Part shown: positions 52,979 to 64,000 of the stretch, in pieces
How the letters are laid out: every line of letters starts with the position of its first letter
Position numbering within the stretch: the first letter of the stretch is position 1
DNA from: Octopus sinensis
Lineage: Eukaryota
DNA: 64,000 nucleotides
Direction of reading: 5' to 3'
NCBI RefSeq assembly: GCF_006345805.1
Contig: NC_042998.1
Location: 116,994,001-117,058,000, forward strand
Notes under the pieces: generated by a model
What the model saw: only the letters and a program-made list of their open reading frames with translations
Told to the model about the DNA's origin: nothing
Database searches by the model: none
Position numbers and translations under genes: made by a program

Positions 52979-53772
52979 TATATCCATATATAATACATAC
53001 ATGTACATTGAGACTAGTACATAAATCGCTCGAAAGATAGAGAGAGAGAGAAAGAAATGGCTATATATATATATATATAATATATATATATATAATTATG
53101 CCTATATGTATATGCATGTATGTATAGCATTTTACACTTATACACATACAGTTTGCCGTGTGAAAACGATGCTTCAGCATTGATGCATAGTTTTGTATGT
53201 TTGCTTTCATTTGTATGTTTCATGCATTTTTAGCCTCATAGACTTCTTTGAAAAGCACGCGTGAATTTATCTTTTTCCATTACACGTGTACTTTGAATAC
53301 TTCAGTGGAGAATATGATTTTGTACGTATGCACGAGAAGTATCAAGTAGGGATGTGTGTACTGAGATGGGAATAAATATATGTCTCAAATGTATTCAATA
53401 TTTTTATGGCTTCAAAATATACTTAAGCAAAACGGCTTGCTGCAAGTTTATTTCCCTGGTAATTGCTGGAAATATGAATACATTTATACATACCTACAAC
53501 CAGACATATACTTAGATGCATACATACGAACCCATAAATTTCAATTTATATACATATATGTGTATGTATGTATATATATATATATATATGTATATATAAA
53601 TATATATATGTATGTATGTACAATTATTAGTATATATATATTGTATATATGTATATATGTACACAATTATCCATATACACCAACATATATATAAGTATGA
53701 TATATATATATGTATACAAACATATATATACGTACATACATACATACATACATACATACATACATACATACA

Positions 53773-53806
<34 letters not shown>

Positions 53807-53827
53807 CATATATGCATACATACGTGC

Positions 53828-54335
53828 ATAAAATTAAAGGCATGACTAATCTCGATTACTGGGACCGCCTTAAACCATTGAAACTCTATTCTATCCAGCG
53901 TTGCTGTGGGCGATACATCATTTGCACGATGTGGATAATATACCAGTAGCATTGCCAAACGACCTCAACATTAGCTCAAAAATTCATGCAAGGCTAGAAC
54001 CACGTGCCAAACGTCCCATTACCCAATTCAGGATCACAGCACAAAAATACACTGCAATACAATGTATTTTCCTCAAGTGGCCCTGCCCTATTGAACATAG
54101 TCCCGAAACAGATCAAAGAGAATAACGATCCCATTACCTTTAAACGGAATCTGGACACATTTCTTCAAGGAATACCAGATAAATCACCTATACCTGGATA
54201 CAACTCACTCAACAAGAGCTCCCCTCTCGAACGGACCATGATAACACAAATCTTCACTTAAAAAAGATTTAGGTAATCCTATCAGGTGGTACTATTAAGT
54301 TAGACATGGCCTGGATAAATCTTTGGTCGAAACAT
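53828..54335 (+). mobile_element. 5'-truncated CR1/L2-type LINE 3' end, second subfamily
   Basis: KIKGMTNLDYWDRLKPLKLYSIQR..RYIICTMW..NVFSSSGPALLNIVPKQIKENNDPITFKRNLDTFLQGIPDKSPIPGY. The 3'UTR contains GGTGG..CATGGCC..GAAAC. Confidence 0.88.
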
Positions 54336-54348
54336 ATATCTATATTTA

Positions 54349-54552
54349 TATCGTTGCTATTAAGCTAAAGTGCCGTAGTCCAAAACGTTGTTTTTTCAGA
54401 AAACGAAAATATAGTTTCATAATTCCATAGCAAAACTGTTTGAGAATTTTGTATATCTTGGCATATAAAGCAGCTGGATATAGGATAGTTTGACCAAAAG
54501 AAACGGCTATTGCAAGTAAAAATGAATATTGAGAAAAACGCATTTGGTCAAG
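54349..54552 (-). repeat. Dispersed repeat of unknown class, copy 2
   Basis: Reverse-complement homologue of 3600-3822. Confidence 0.7.
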
Positions 54553-55274
54553 ATTGAGTTTGAATTTGTTATTAGTCCTCGTGAGTGATATTTGTTATAG
54601 TTGTTCAGAGGATTTTAATTCGCATTATTAAAATTACTCTTTCATACCCGATTCCAATGAGTATGACTTCGGTGTCAATATAATTAAGTTAATATTTATT
54701 TGTAAGTGATTCACAAATGCTAGTCTATAAATTGATCCCCCAGGCCAGTTATGACAAGTAGTTCATTAACCCTGCAGGAATGAAATAGAAATAGCTATTC
54801 CAATGAGATTTCAACCATGCACGTAGTATAGCCAAAAATATGAACCCAATTAGAGTTACGACCATCCTCTTCGATAGCTCACCTTCTAGTGGTATGTACG
54901 TTTGGGTTTTTTAAGATGCAACTGTGTGTAGCCTATTAAATCATAAAACATATTTACGAATACGAACGGTATTATTGACCTAGATAAGTTGAAATATAAA
55001 GATGATACTACCAGTATTTGAACCGGTAGGAAGAAATGAGCGAGCCGAAAAGAGCGCCGTATTAAACATTACGCTTCTAAACCGGCAATTTTCGTCTTCT
55101 GCTTATTCGCCAAGCAAACTGTGAGAAAGACATATTTATTATCAGTACCCTTTATGTAAAAGCTAAGGGATATATTCTTTCCGCTTGTAGGCATCTTCTG
55201 CATTGTGTATTACAAAGGTATATACATACATACATACATACATAATACATACATACATACATACAATATTATAT

Positions 55275-55322
<48 letters not shown>

Positions 55323-55798
55323 AACATAGATACAGATATAGATACACACACATACACACACACACACACATATATATATGTATTTGTATGTTTGTGTTTA
55401 TGTATGCATGTTTGTATTTCTGTCAATTTACCTATGTATATCTCTCTCTCTCTCTATCTATCTATCACTCTGTTTATGTCTGTCTGTCTCTCTCTCTCTA
55501 TTTCTCTCTCTCTCTCTCTCTTATCTATCTGTCTGTCTAGCTGTCTCTGTCTGTTTCTCTGTCTATCTATGTATCTGTCTATCTATTTCCTTTCTTGTGA
55601 TTCTCTTCATCGGTACACAGAGTGTTACTCTAGCAGTGAATTTCATAAAACAAATAATTTTCTTTGCTTTCGCTTTAAGGATTATTTTGCTACAGAAAAT
55701 AGCACTTAATTTTGACGAGGGAATATCAGATTTTCTTTATTGCCTCACTTGTTTGTGAAACCAAACCCTGGCTATCTGCGAATATATATACCTCCATA

Positions 55799-55844
<46 letters not shown>

Positions 55845-55925
55845 CCTCTCTCTCTCCCTCTCTCTGTTTCTGGCTGTCTGTGTCTTTCAAACATACATAC
55901 AAACACACACACACAAGTATATATA

Positions 55926-55965
<40 letters not shown>

Positions 55966-56129
55966 CACGTGCACATGCATGTTGGTATGCACGCATGCAT
56001 GTGCGTGAATGAATGTAAGTTTACTTATTGTTTACGTTCATCACTGAGAATTCGTGACTTTAAACCAAAATAGGAAATGAAATATATTGGTAGCTAAGGA
56101 TTGAGTTTGCAAATACAGAAATGGAAACT

Positions 56130-56707
56130 CTGCACCAAAACAACAACCATCAGCACCACCAGCAGCACCACCACGAACACCAACACCACCACCAATAGCA
56201 ACAACAACATGACCACCGCCATTATATCCACCAGTACTTCCAGTATGATCATCATTGGAGTTAACGTTGTGAACGCCATCGACATATGCGTCACCACTAC
56301 CACCAACATCATCGTCATCATCATCATCATCATCGTCATCGTCATCATCATCGTCATCATCATCGTCATCATCATCATCATCATTATCATCATCACTATT
56401 ATCAGCAGCACACTGTGCGCCTCTAAGAAGGTGAAAAAGTACAGTGATAGTTTAGAAGAACGCCTATACAACTGGTAGCGAAAGGAAATGATGCTGTGTG
56501 ATGTTCATTCTTATCCAAAGTAAATAAAGCCTAATCAGTGTTGTACTCAATATCCTATTTTGGTGGTTGTAGGACAGAGAAAGTGTCGTTTAACGTCAAA
56601 TTCTCAGGCAATACTAAAGTATTGAAACAGGAATAAGGTAATCAAGGGTCGATGATTGACCGCATCACTAGAAACAGGATGGAAACGTGGGGGCGACGTA
56701 TCGATAC

Positions 56708-56740
<33 letters not shown>

Positions 56741-56876
56741 GGATGGTGGTGGTGGTGGTGGTGGTTTAGGTGGCGGAGGCGGCAGCGTCGGTTGTGGTGG
56801 TAGTGGTTTTGATGGTGGTGATGATGATGAGGATGATGATGACGACGATGATGATGATGACGACGACGACGACGAC

Positions 56877-56919
<43 letters not shown>

Positions 56920-57170
56920 GCGATGACAATGATGATGTTGATGGCGTAGGTGTTGATAAATATAGTGATAGTGATGTTGCTGCTGTTGGTATTCTTGATG
57001 TTGTTCATGGTGTTTTGAAATGAAATAAAAGGTGGTGGTATTGTTTGCTAGTGGTGTTAAGTGGCGCGGTTTGTAATTGTATTACTGTTTTATTTATATT
57101 TTCGTTACGAAGAAAATCATTACTAGAAGATGATGATGGTCATGATGATGATGGTGATGAATGCGAAGAT
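56130..57170. repeat. Compound trinucleotide low-complexity region: (CAC/CAA/CAT)n followed by (GAT/GGT/GAC)n
   Basis: Direct reading. This is the source of the poly-I/T/D/G ORFs. Confidence 0.9.
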
Positions 57171-57400
57171 AACAATGAGGCGAAGAAGAGATAGAAAAGG
57201 CAAGGCTGGTACAGTCGGTAGCTGAGGAAATAAAGACTCAGATTCAATTACAATTAAGAAACTCGGTGTTGCAACGGATAAAGGAGTTCAACGAACTTAA
57301 CTGGCTCTACAACATAACCGGTGTCACTTTCTACCGAAAATGGAAAAGCAAATGTGGGCCCAAATAAAACCAACAACTGTTGTGGTATAATAATAATATT

Positions 57401-57454
<54 letters not shown>

Positions 57455-57528
57455 TAATAACAACAACAACAACAACAACAACAATAATAATAATTATTAT
57501 TATTATTATTATTATGAGTAGTAGTAGC

Positions 57529-57577
<49 letters not shown>

Positions 57578-57579
57578 AT

Positions 57580-57766
57580 TTCTAATTTTGGTACAAGGCC
57601 AGCAATTTCGGGGACAGGGATACGTCGAGAACAAGGGGACTGGATTCCAACTGGTACTCATTTTATCAACCCACAAAGAATAAAAATAAACTCGACATCG
57701 TAAGAATTTGAAATCAGAACGTAAAGTTAGACAAAATACCGAATAATGATATTAATAATAGTAATG

Positions 57767-57810
<44 letters not shown>

Positions 57811-57858
57811 ATTATTATTATTATTATAATAGTAGTAATAATGATAATAATAATAATA

Positions 57859-57907
<49 letters not shown>

Positions 57908-57915
57908 GTTAATAA

Positions 57916-57981
<66 letters not shown>

Positions 57982-58517
57982 TAATAATAATAATAACAAT
58001 AATAATAATAATAATGATAAGAAGCAGAAGAAGAAGGAGAAGGATGATGATGGCAATGAGTGATACTTCCTTGTATCCATCCAAGAAGGATAAAAGCAAA
58101 GTTTGCAAGGATGAGATCTGAACTCGTAATGTACAGAATTGGAACACAGCATTTATTTTCCGATGATCTACAGATTCTACAACCGTCAGACTTAGTACTG
58201 AATGGATGCTTCACTTGATCAATTGTGGAAGGAGGGAAGGCGAATTTGACCTTGGCAGGATTTGAAACTACAACGCTCTATTTAGGAGGTAATACCACAC
58301 GGTATGCTTCCGGACTATCTAAGGATCCTTCCAATTCATCGAAAGTCAAAAGAGACAGTTGGCCGATTAAATCGGCTTCAGTATTTGACCAGTGCTTTGT
58401 TTTATTGATCCAGAAGAAAAGACGGGTGAGTTGAAGAAAGGCAGTGGATTTTGAACTCAAATCCCATACCGGCGCTGTAACACTTCTGACAGTAATAATA
58501 ATAATGATAATGATCAA

Positions 58518-58605
<88 letters not shown>

Positions 58606-59412
58606 TTAATAGAAATTTTGTGGTATGGAGATTACGTGGACTACTTCACTAGTACTTATTTCCTCGACCCCGAAATGATGAATGGCAAAATCGACCTCGG
58701 TGGGATTTGAGCCCAGGACATAAAGACAGATTCTGCAAGCTGGTCACATTCTGCTAAAGTAAATAATAAAAATTGTTTAAAATTGTGGGAAATGTGAAGT
58801 GGTTTTAGTGATAGGGTATAGTTGATTACATTAACCCTAATGTTCAGCTTGATTTTTTTTTCTTTTTGCCATAATTGATCTAAAAGATGAAATGGAAAGT
58901 CGATAACGGTAGGATTTGAACTCAGAACATAAAAGCAGAAGAAATGCCGCTAAATAATTTGACAACGCGGTAACGATTCATTTATAATAATGACACAGCC
59001 TGAAGATTTGGGGGATACGGCTAGTCGATTATATTGAACACAGTACTTGAATAGTACAAATTTTGTCAACACAGAATGATTGAAAGTCAAAGTCGAATAC
59101 GGTGGCAATTGAACTCAGAACGTATACCCGGAAGGAATGTCGCTAATTATATCGCCCGGCATGCTAACGATTCTAGCAGCTTGTCGCCTTAGGAATAATA
59201 ATTATTCTTTTTAATATCGGCATAAGGTCTTAAAATTTGAAGTAGGGCTCTCTTTGATTACATCGCTCCCAGTGCTCAACTGGTAATTATTTCATCGACC
59301 CGGAAAAGAGGAAAGAACTCGACGGATCTTGAACTCAGAACGAAATGTCGCTAAAAATTCTGCCCAGTGTGCTAACAATACTTCCACCTTAATAATAATA
59401 ATAATAATAATC

Positions 59413-59463
<51 letters not shown>

Positions 59464-59692
59464 GTATAAAATGTTGGTACAAGGCCAGCAAGTTCGAGTA
59501 AGGAGTACGTCAATTACATCGATTGGTACTTGTTTTATTGACCCGAAAAGGATGTAAGGCAAAGTCAGCCTCGGCGTAATTGGAACTCTGAAAGTAAAGA
59601 CAGAGGAAATGCCGCCAAACATTCTCTCCGACATGCTAACGACTCTGCCTGTACGCCGCTTCAATAATACTAATGGAAATAATAATAATAAT

Positions 59693-59758
<66 letters not shown>

Positions 59759-60122
59759 AAGAATAAGAAGAAGAGGAGGAGAAGAGGAGGAGGAGGAGAA
59801 AAAGAAGAAGTAGAAAACGAAGAGGAAGAAGAAGAAAAAAGGTAGAAGAAGAAGAAGAAGAAGAAGAAGAAGAAGAAGAAGAAGAGAAGAAGAAGAAGAA
59901 GAAGAAGGAGAAGAAGAAGAAGAAGAAGAAGAAGAAGAAGAAGAAGAAGAAGAAGAAGAAGAAGAAGAAGAAGAAGAAGAAGAAACAACACCAATAGCCC
60001 TTTGCACTATCATAATGCCAGTGAGGTAATCAACCGGTTTTGGCGATCCCCAGTCTTAGGATTTGATGGTGATTCATTGAAATAATAATTACCTACCATT
60101 GTTAGTTAAAAGCAAGTAAACA

Positions 60123-60182
<60 letters not shown>

Positions 60183-61210
60183 TATATTATCTTTGAAGGT
60201 GGATTTACAATCAATATATCCAGTTTGAATATTTCATTGATTAAAATGTAATTTAGCGATGACGGATGAATGATTTTGACGCTGATGGGATTTGAACTCA
60301 GATTGTAAGGGGGCATAACTAAGCACACAAAGACACTATGTCGGTCGCTCGAGCCATTAACCATTAATAATAATTCTAATTTCTATAATACCACATTTGC
60401 TGCAATGCCACAGATTTTTGGTTAAGTGTGCAGTCTGTTTAACCGACCAAAATATTTAACGGCTATTTATTAGATTCACCATCCGCTACGCTAAGTAGTA
60501 TGTTAATACCAAATTCATGATTATGATGATGATGATGATGACGATGGTGGTGGTGGTGATGATGATGATGACGATGATGATGGCTTCAAATTTTGCCACA
60601 AGGACAGCAATTCTTGAGGAAGGGATTAGTCGATTACATCGACCCAAATGTCCAACTGGTACACATTTTATCGACCCTGAAAGGATGAAAGACAAAGTCA
60701 ACTTCGGCAGAATTTGAAATCAGAACATGAAGACGGGTCAAATACCGCTACGCATTTCGCCCGGCCCGCGTCTTAACGATTCGGCCAACTCGCTGGCTTG
60801 ATGACAATAATAATAATAATCCTTTCTGCTAAAGGCACGAGGCCTGAAATTTGGAGAGAAGGTACTAATGGATTACATCGACCCCAGTGTACATTGATAT
60901 TTAATTTATCGACCCCGAAAGAATTAAAGGCACTGTTGACCTCGGCAGAACTTGAAATCAGAACGTAAAACGGGCGAAATACCTATTTCTTTACTACCCA
61001 CAAGAGGCTAAACATAGAGGGGACAAACAAGGACAAACAGATTAAGTCGATTATATAGACCCCAGTGCGTAACTGGTACTTATGTAATCGACCCTGAAAG
61101 GATGAACGGCAAAGTCGACCTCGGCGGAATGTGAACTCAGGTCGTAGCGGCAGACGAAATACCGCTAAGCATTTCACCCGGCGTTCTAACGATTCTGCCA
61201 GCTCGGCGTC

Positions 61211-61249
<39 letters not shown>

Positions 61250-61307
61250 TAATAATAATAATATAATAATAATAATAACAACAATAATAATAATAATAAT
61301 AATAATG

Positions 61308-61358
<51 letters not shown>

Positions 61359-62228
61359 TAATAATAATAATAATAATAATGGAAATATGTAAATTATATA
61401 TGTAGAATGCCGGACAAAATGACTTGGAGTATATTAAAGACTGATATGCTTTCGTTTTTCCTGATTTCGAATTTGTAAAAGACAGTCGAATACTGCAACT
61501 GATATAATAAAATTTTTACTTCTTGTCTGTACAATGTCTCAACTTGTTTAAACTTTAGAATTTTATAGCATTATTAATTATTTGCTAAATGTCGAATCGT
61601 TTAAGATATATTAATAAGTGTTATCATATCTAACATAGACACATGTCGAAATATTTGTGGTGGAGGTTGTTTCTTTGATAAAATTAACCAATGTTTTTTG
61701 GGGTGTTTTTTTAACACAAGAAGAATAGAGCTGCGAAGTTTACTTCAACATGAATTGAACTTGGAACGTAAAAAAATCGGAACAAATATTACAAGACACG
61801 CTGTATGTGGATTTAACAAGTTCACCAATCTGCTACATGATGATGATGATGACGACGACGACGACGACGACAATGACGGTGATGATGATGATGATGACGA
61901 CAACGACGATGATGATGATGATGGTGATGATGAAGGTTATCGAAATATTAATAAGATTGATGGTTTCGGATTTATGCTCAAAAACAACAATTGTCGAGGA
62001 CGTAGGGTGGGTTGTAGCCGATGCTATCACACCCGGTTATTTTCAGACTGGTACTTTACTGATTAGGAAAAAACAAAGGACAAAACAAAAAAATGAAAGT
62101 GAAATTTGATATGAGTGGGATTTGAAATCAGAAAATAAACAGCCGGAACAAATATCACAAGGCTATTTTCCAGCCTTCTAACGATTTTAGCAATTAAATA
62201 ATAATAATAAAATAATAATAATAATATT

Positions 62229-62281
<53 letters not shown>

Positions 62282-62289
62282 TAATAATG

Positions 62290-62374
<85 letters not shown>

Positions 62375-62720
62375 TAATAATAATAATAATAACGATAATG
62401 ATAATGATAATGATGATGATGAGGAGGGGGAGGAGGATAATAATAATAATATGGATTTCAAATTTTGGCACAAGGCCACCATGTTTAGGGCATGTGTAAG
62501 TGGATGATATCCACCCCGGTACACAGCTGGTACTTATTTCAAATAACAGTCATCTCAACTACGTGTGCAAGATCTGAAATTTTGTGCAAGTGGGTAGGTT
62601 GACTACAACAACCCTAGTTCTCAAGTGGTATTTTTTTTTTTCACCGGACCCAAAACCATGAATTTGAAGTCAAGACATAAAGCCGGAAGAAATGCCACTT
62701 ATCATAATGTCCGGCACAGA
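57580..62720 (-). mobile_element. Tandem array of more than 12 tRNA-derived SINE family C copies separated by trinucleotide microsatellites
   Basis: Recurrent plus-strand blocks CACAAGGCC..ATTACATCGACCCCAGTG..AACTGGTAC..TTATCGACCCCGAAAGGATGAA.GGCAAAGTCGACCTCGGCGGAATTTGAACTCAGAAC at about 57580, 58050, 58200, 58340, 58610, 58790, 58990, 59205, 59465, 60190, 60585, 60820, 60985, 62000 and 62455. All are in the same orientation. Confidence 0.9.
59835..59985. repeat. (AAG)n purine tract, about 150 bp
   Basis: Direct reading. Confidence 0.97.
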
Positions 62721-62740
62721 AACAATTCTACCAGCTCATC

Positions 62741-62798
<58 letters not shown>

Positions 62799-62836
62799 CA
62801 TTATTATTATTATTATTATATTTATTGTTATTGTTA

Positions 62837-62878
<42 letters not shown>

Positions 62879-62964
62879 TATCGTTATTGCCGTCGACGTC
62901 GTTGTCGTTGTTGTCGTTGTTGTTGGTGGCGGTGTTGCTGGTGTTGTTGTTGTTGTAGTTCTTA

Positions 62965-63180
62965 AGTCGACGAGCTGGCAGAATCGTTAGCGCACTAGAC
63001 AAAATGATGAGCTGTGTTTCGACCGTCTTTGCGTTCTGAGTTCAAATTTCACTGAGGTCGACTTTACCTTTTATTCTTTTGAGGTGAGTAAAATAAGCAA
63101 CCAGTTGAACACTGGGGTCGATGTATTCGACTTAGCATCTCCACGGAAATTACTGGTCTTGTGTCTAAATTTGAAACCAC
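62965..63180 (+). mobile_element. SINE family C copy in the opposite orientation, closing the array
   Basis: CGAGCTGGCAGAATCGTTAGC..TGAGTTCAAATTTCACTGAGGTCGAC..ACTGGGGTCGATGTA..GGTCTTGTGTCTAAATTTGAAACC followed by an (ATT)n tail. Confidence 0.9.
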
Positions 63181-63232
63181 TATTATTATAATTTTTATTA
63201 TTATCATTATTATTATTATTATTTTTATTATT

Positions 63233-63285
<53 letters not shown>

Positions 63286-63896
63286 TAATAATAATAATAA
63301 TAATAATATAACAACAACAACAACAACAAAAACAATAATTAAAGCAAATCCAAACTACGGGTCAAGGTCACACATGTGACGGATGTCGGTTGGGGAGCTT
63401 CACCCCTATGTACATTGCGGGTGTTTGAAAGCAGTTTCAAACGAAGACAGGCGAATAACTATAGTTGTTTTTTTTTTATTTATTCTGAGCGTTACCATTA
63501 TACATTCCTCATGTAAGCATCATACACCTTAACTATCAGGGAGACAATAGAATCAATACCATTATTTCCACGCACGTTCGCGCACGCATATACACATGGA
63601 ATCACGTACAAACACACATGCACAGATGTAGGTATGTTTTCATGTGTTGTGTGCGTATGCGCGTATTTATAAGGGTGTATGTGTGTGTTGTGTTGTGTGT
63701 GTGTGTATTGTGTGTGTGTGTGTGTGTGATTTTTGTGTTTGCATCGAAGTATGTTTCATAAATTGCTAAAAAATAAATAAAAAATTAATTAGAGTTATGA
63801 GCTATGCCACCGATGTCTATGCTCTGCTAAGAAAAACCCAAGTAATAAAAATAATCTCGGATATATAATGAAAAGCATCTACATATATGTATAAGC

Positions 63897-63985
<89 letters not shown>

Positions 63986-64000
63986 TTTATATGCATATGC

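Noticed and set aside
56652-57023. Asp/Gly-rich 123-aa ORF resembling an acidic matrix protein
   Set aside because: It is built from (GAT)n/(GGT)n repeats with no codon mixing, splice support or signal peptide.
57580-63180. CRISPR-like regularity of repeats and spacers
   Set aside because: The units are 150-250 bp SINEs with microsatellite spacers in eukaryotic DNA, with no cas genes.

Overview
AT-rich, microsatellite-saturated animal genomic DNA. The repeat content (tRNA-headed SINE families; (TA)n, (CA)n, (AAT)n and (GATA)n arrays; Penelope, R4/Dong and CR1-type LINE debris) is typical of a coleoid cephalopod, probably Octopus; this is inferred from recalled repeat families, not from a search. 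No intact protein-coding gene can be supported. Almost all supplied ORFs are translated microsatellites or antisense shadows of retroelements, and only a few weak +strand exon candidates were seen, so the window is most likely intronic or intergenic. Recognisable content: three tRNA-derived SINE families, including a head-to-tail array of more than 12 copies at 57.5-63.2 kb; two CR1-type LINE 3' fragments, one sharing its 3' tail with SINE family A; an R4/Dong-type stack at 15-17 kb that includes an internally deleted element; a mariner remnant; a TIR/TA-flanked Tc1-like element; Penelope GIY-YIG remnants. Several minimal type-I hammerhead ribozyme motifs, all carrying at least one non-canonical change, repeatedly lie at the ends, axis or loop of long fold-back (inverted-repeat) structures. 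The hammerhead/fold-back association, the internally deleted R4 element and the SINE-LINE tail pair are the most interesting observations.
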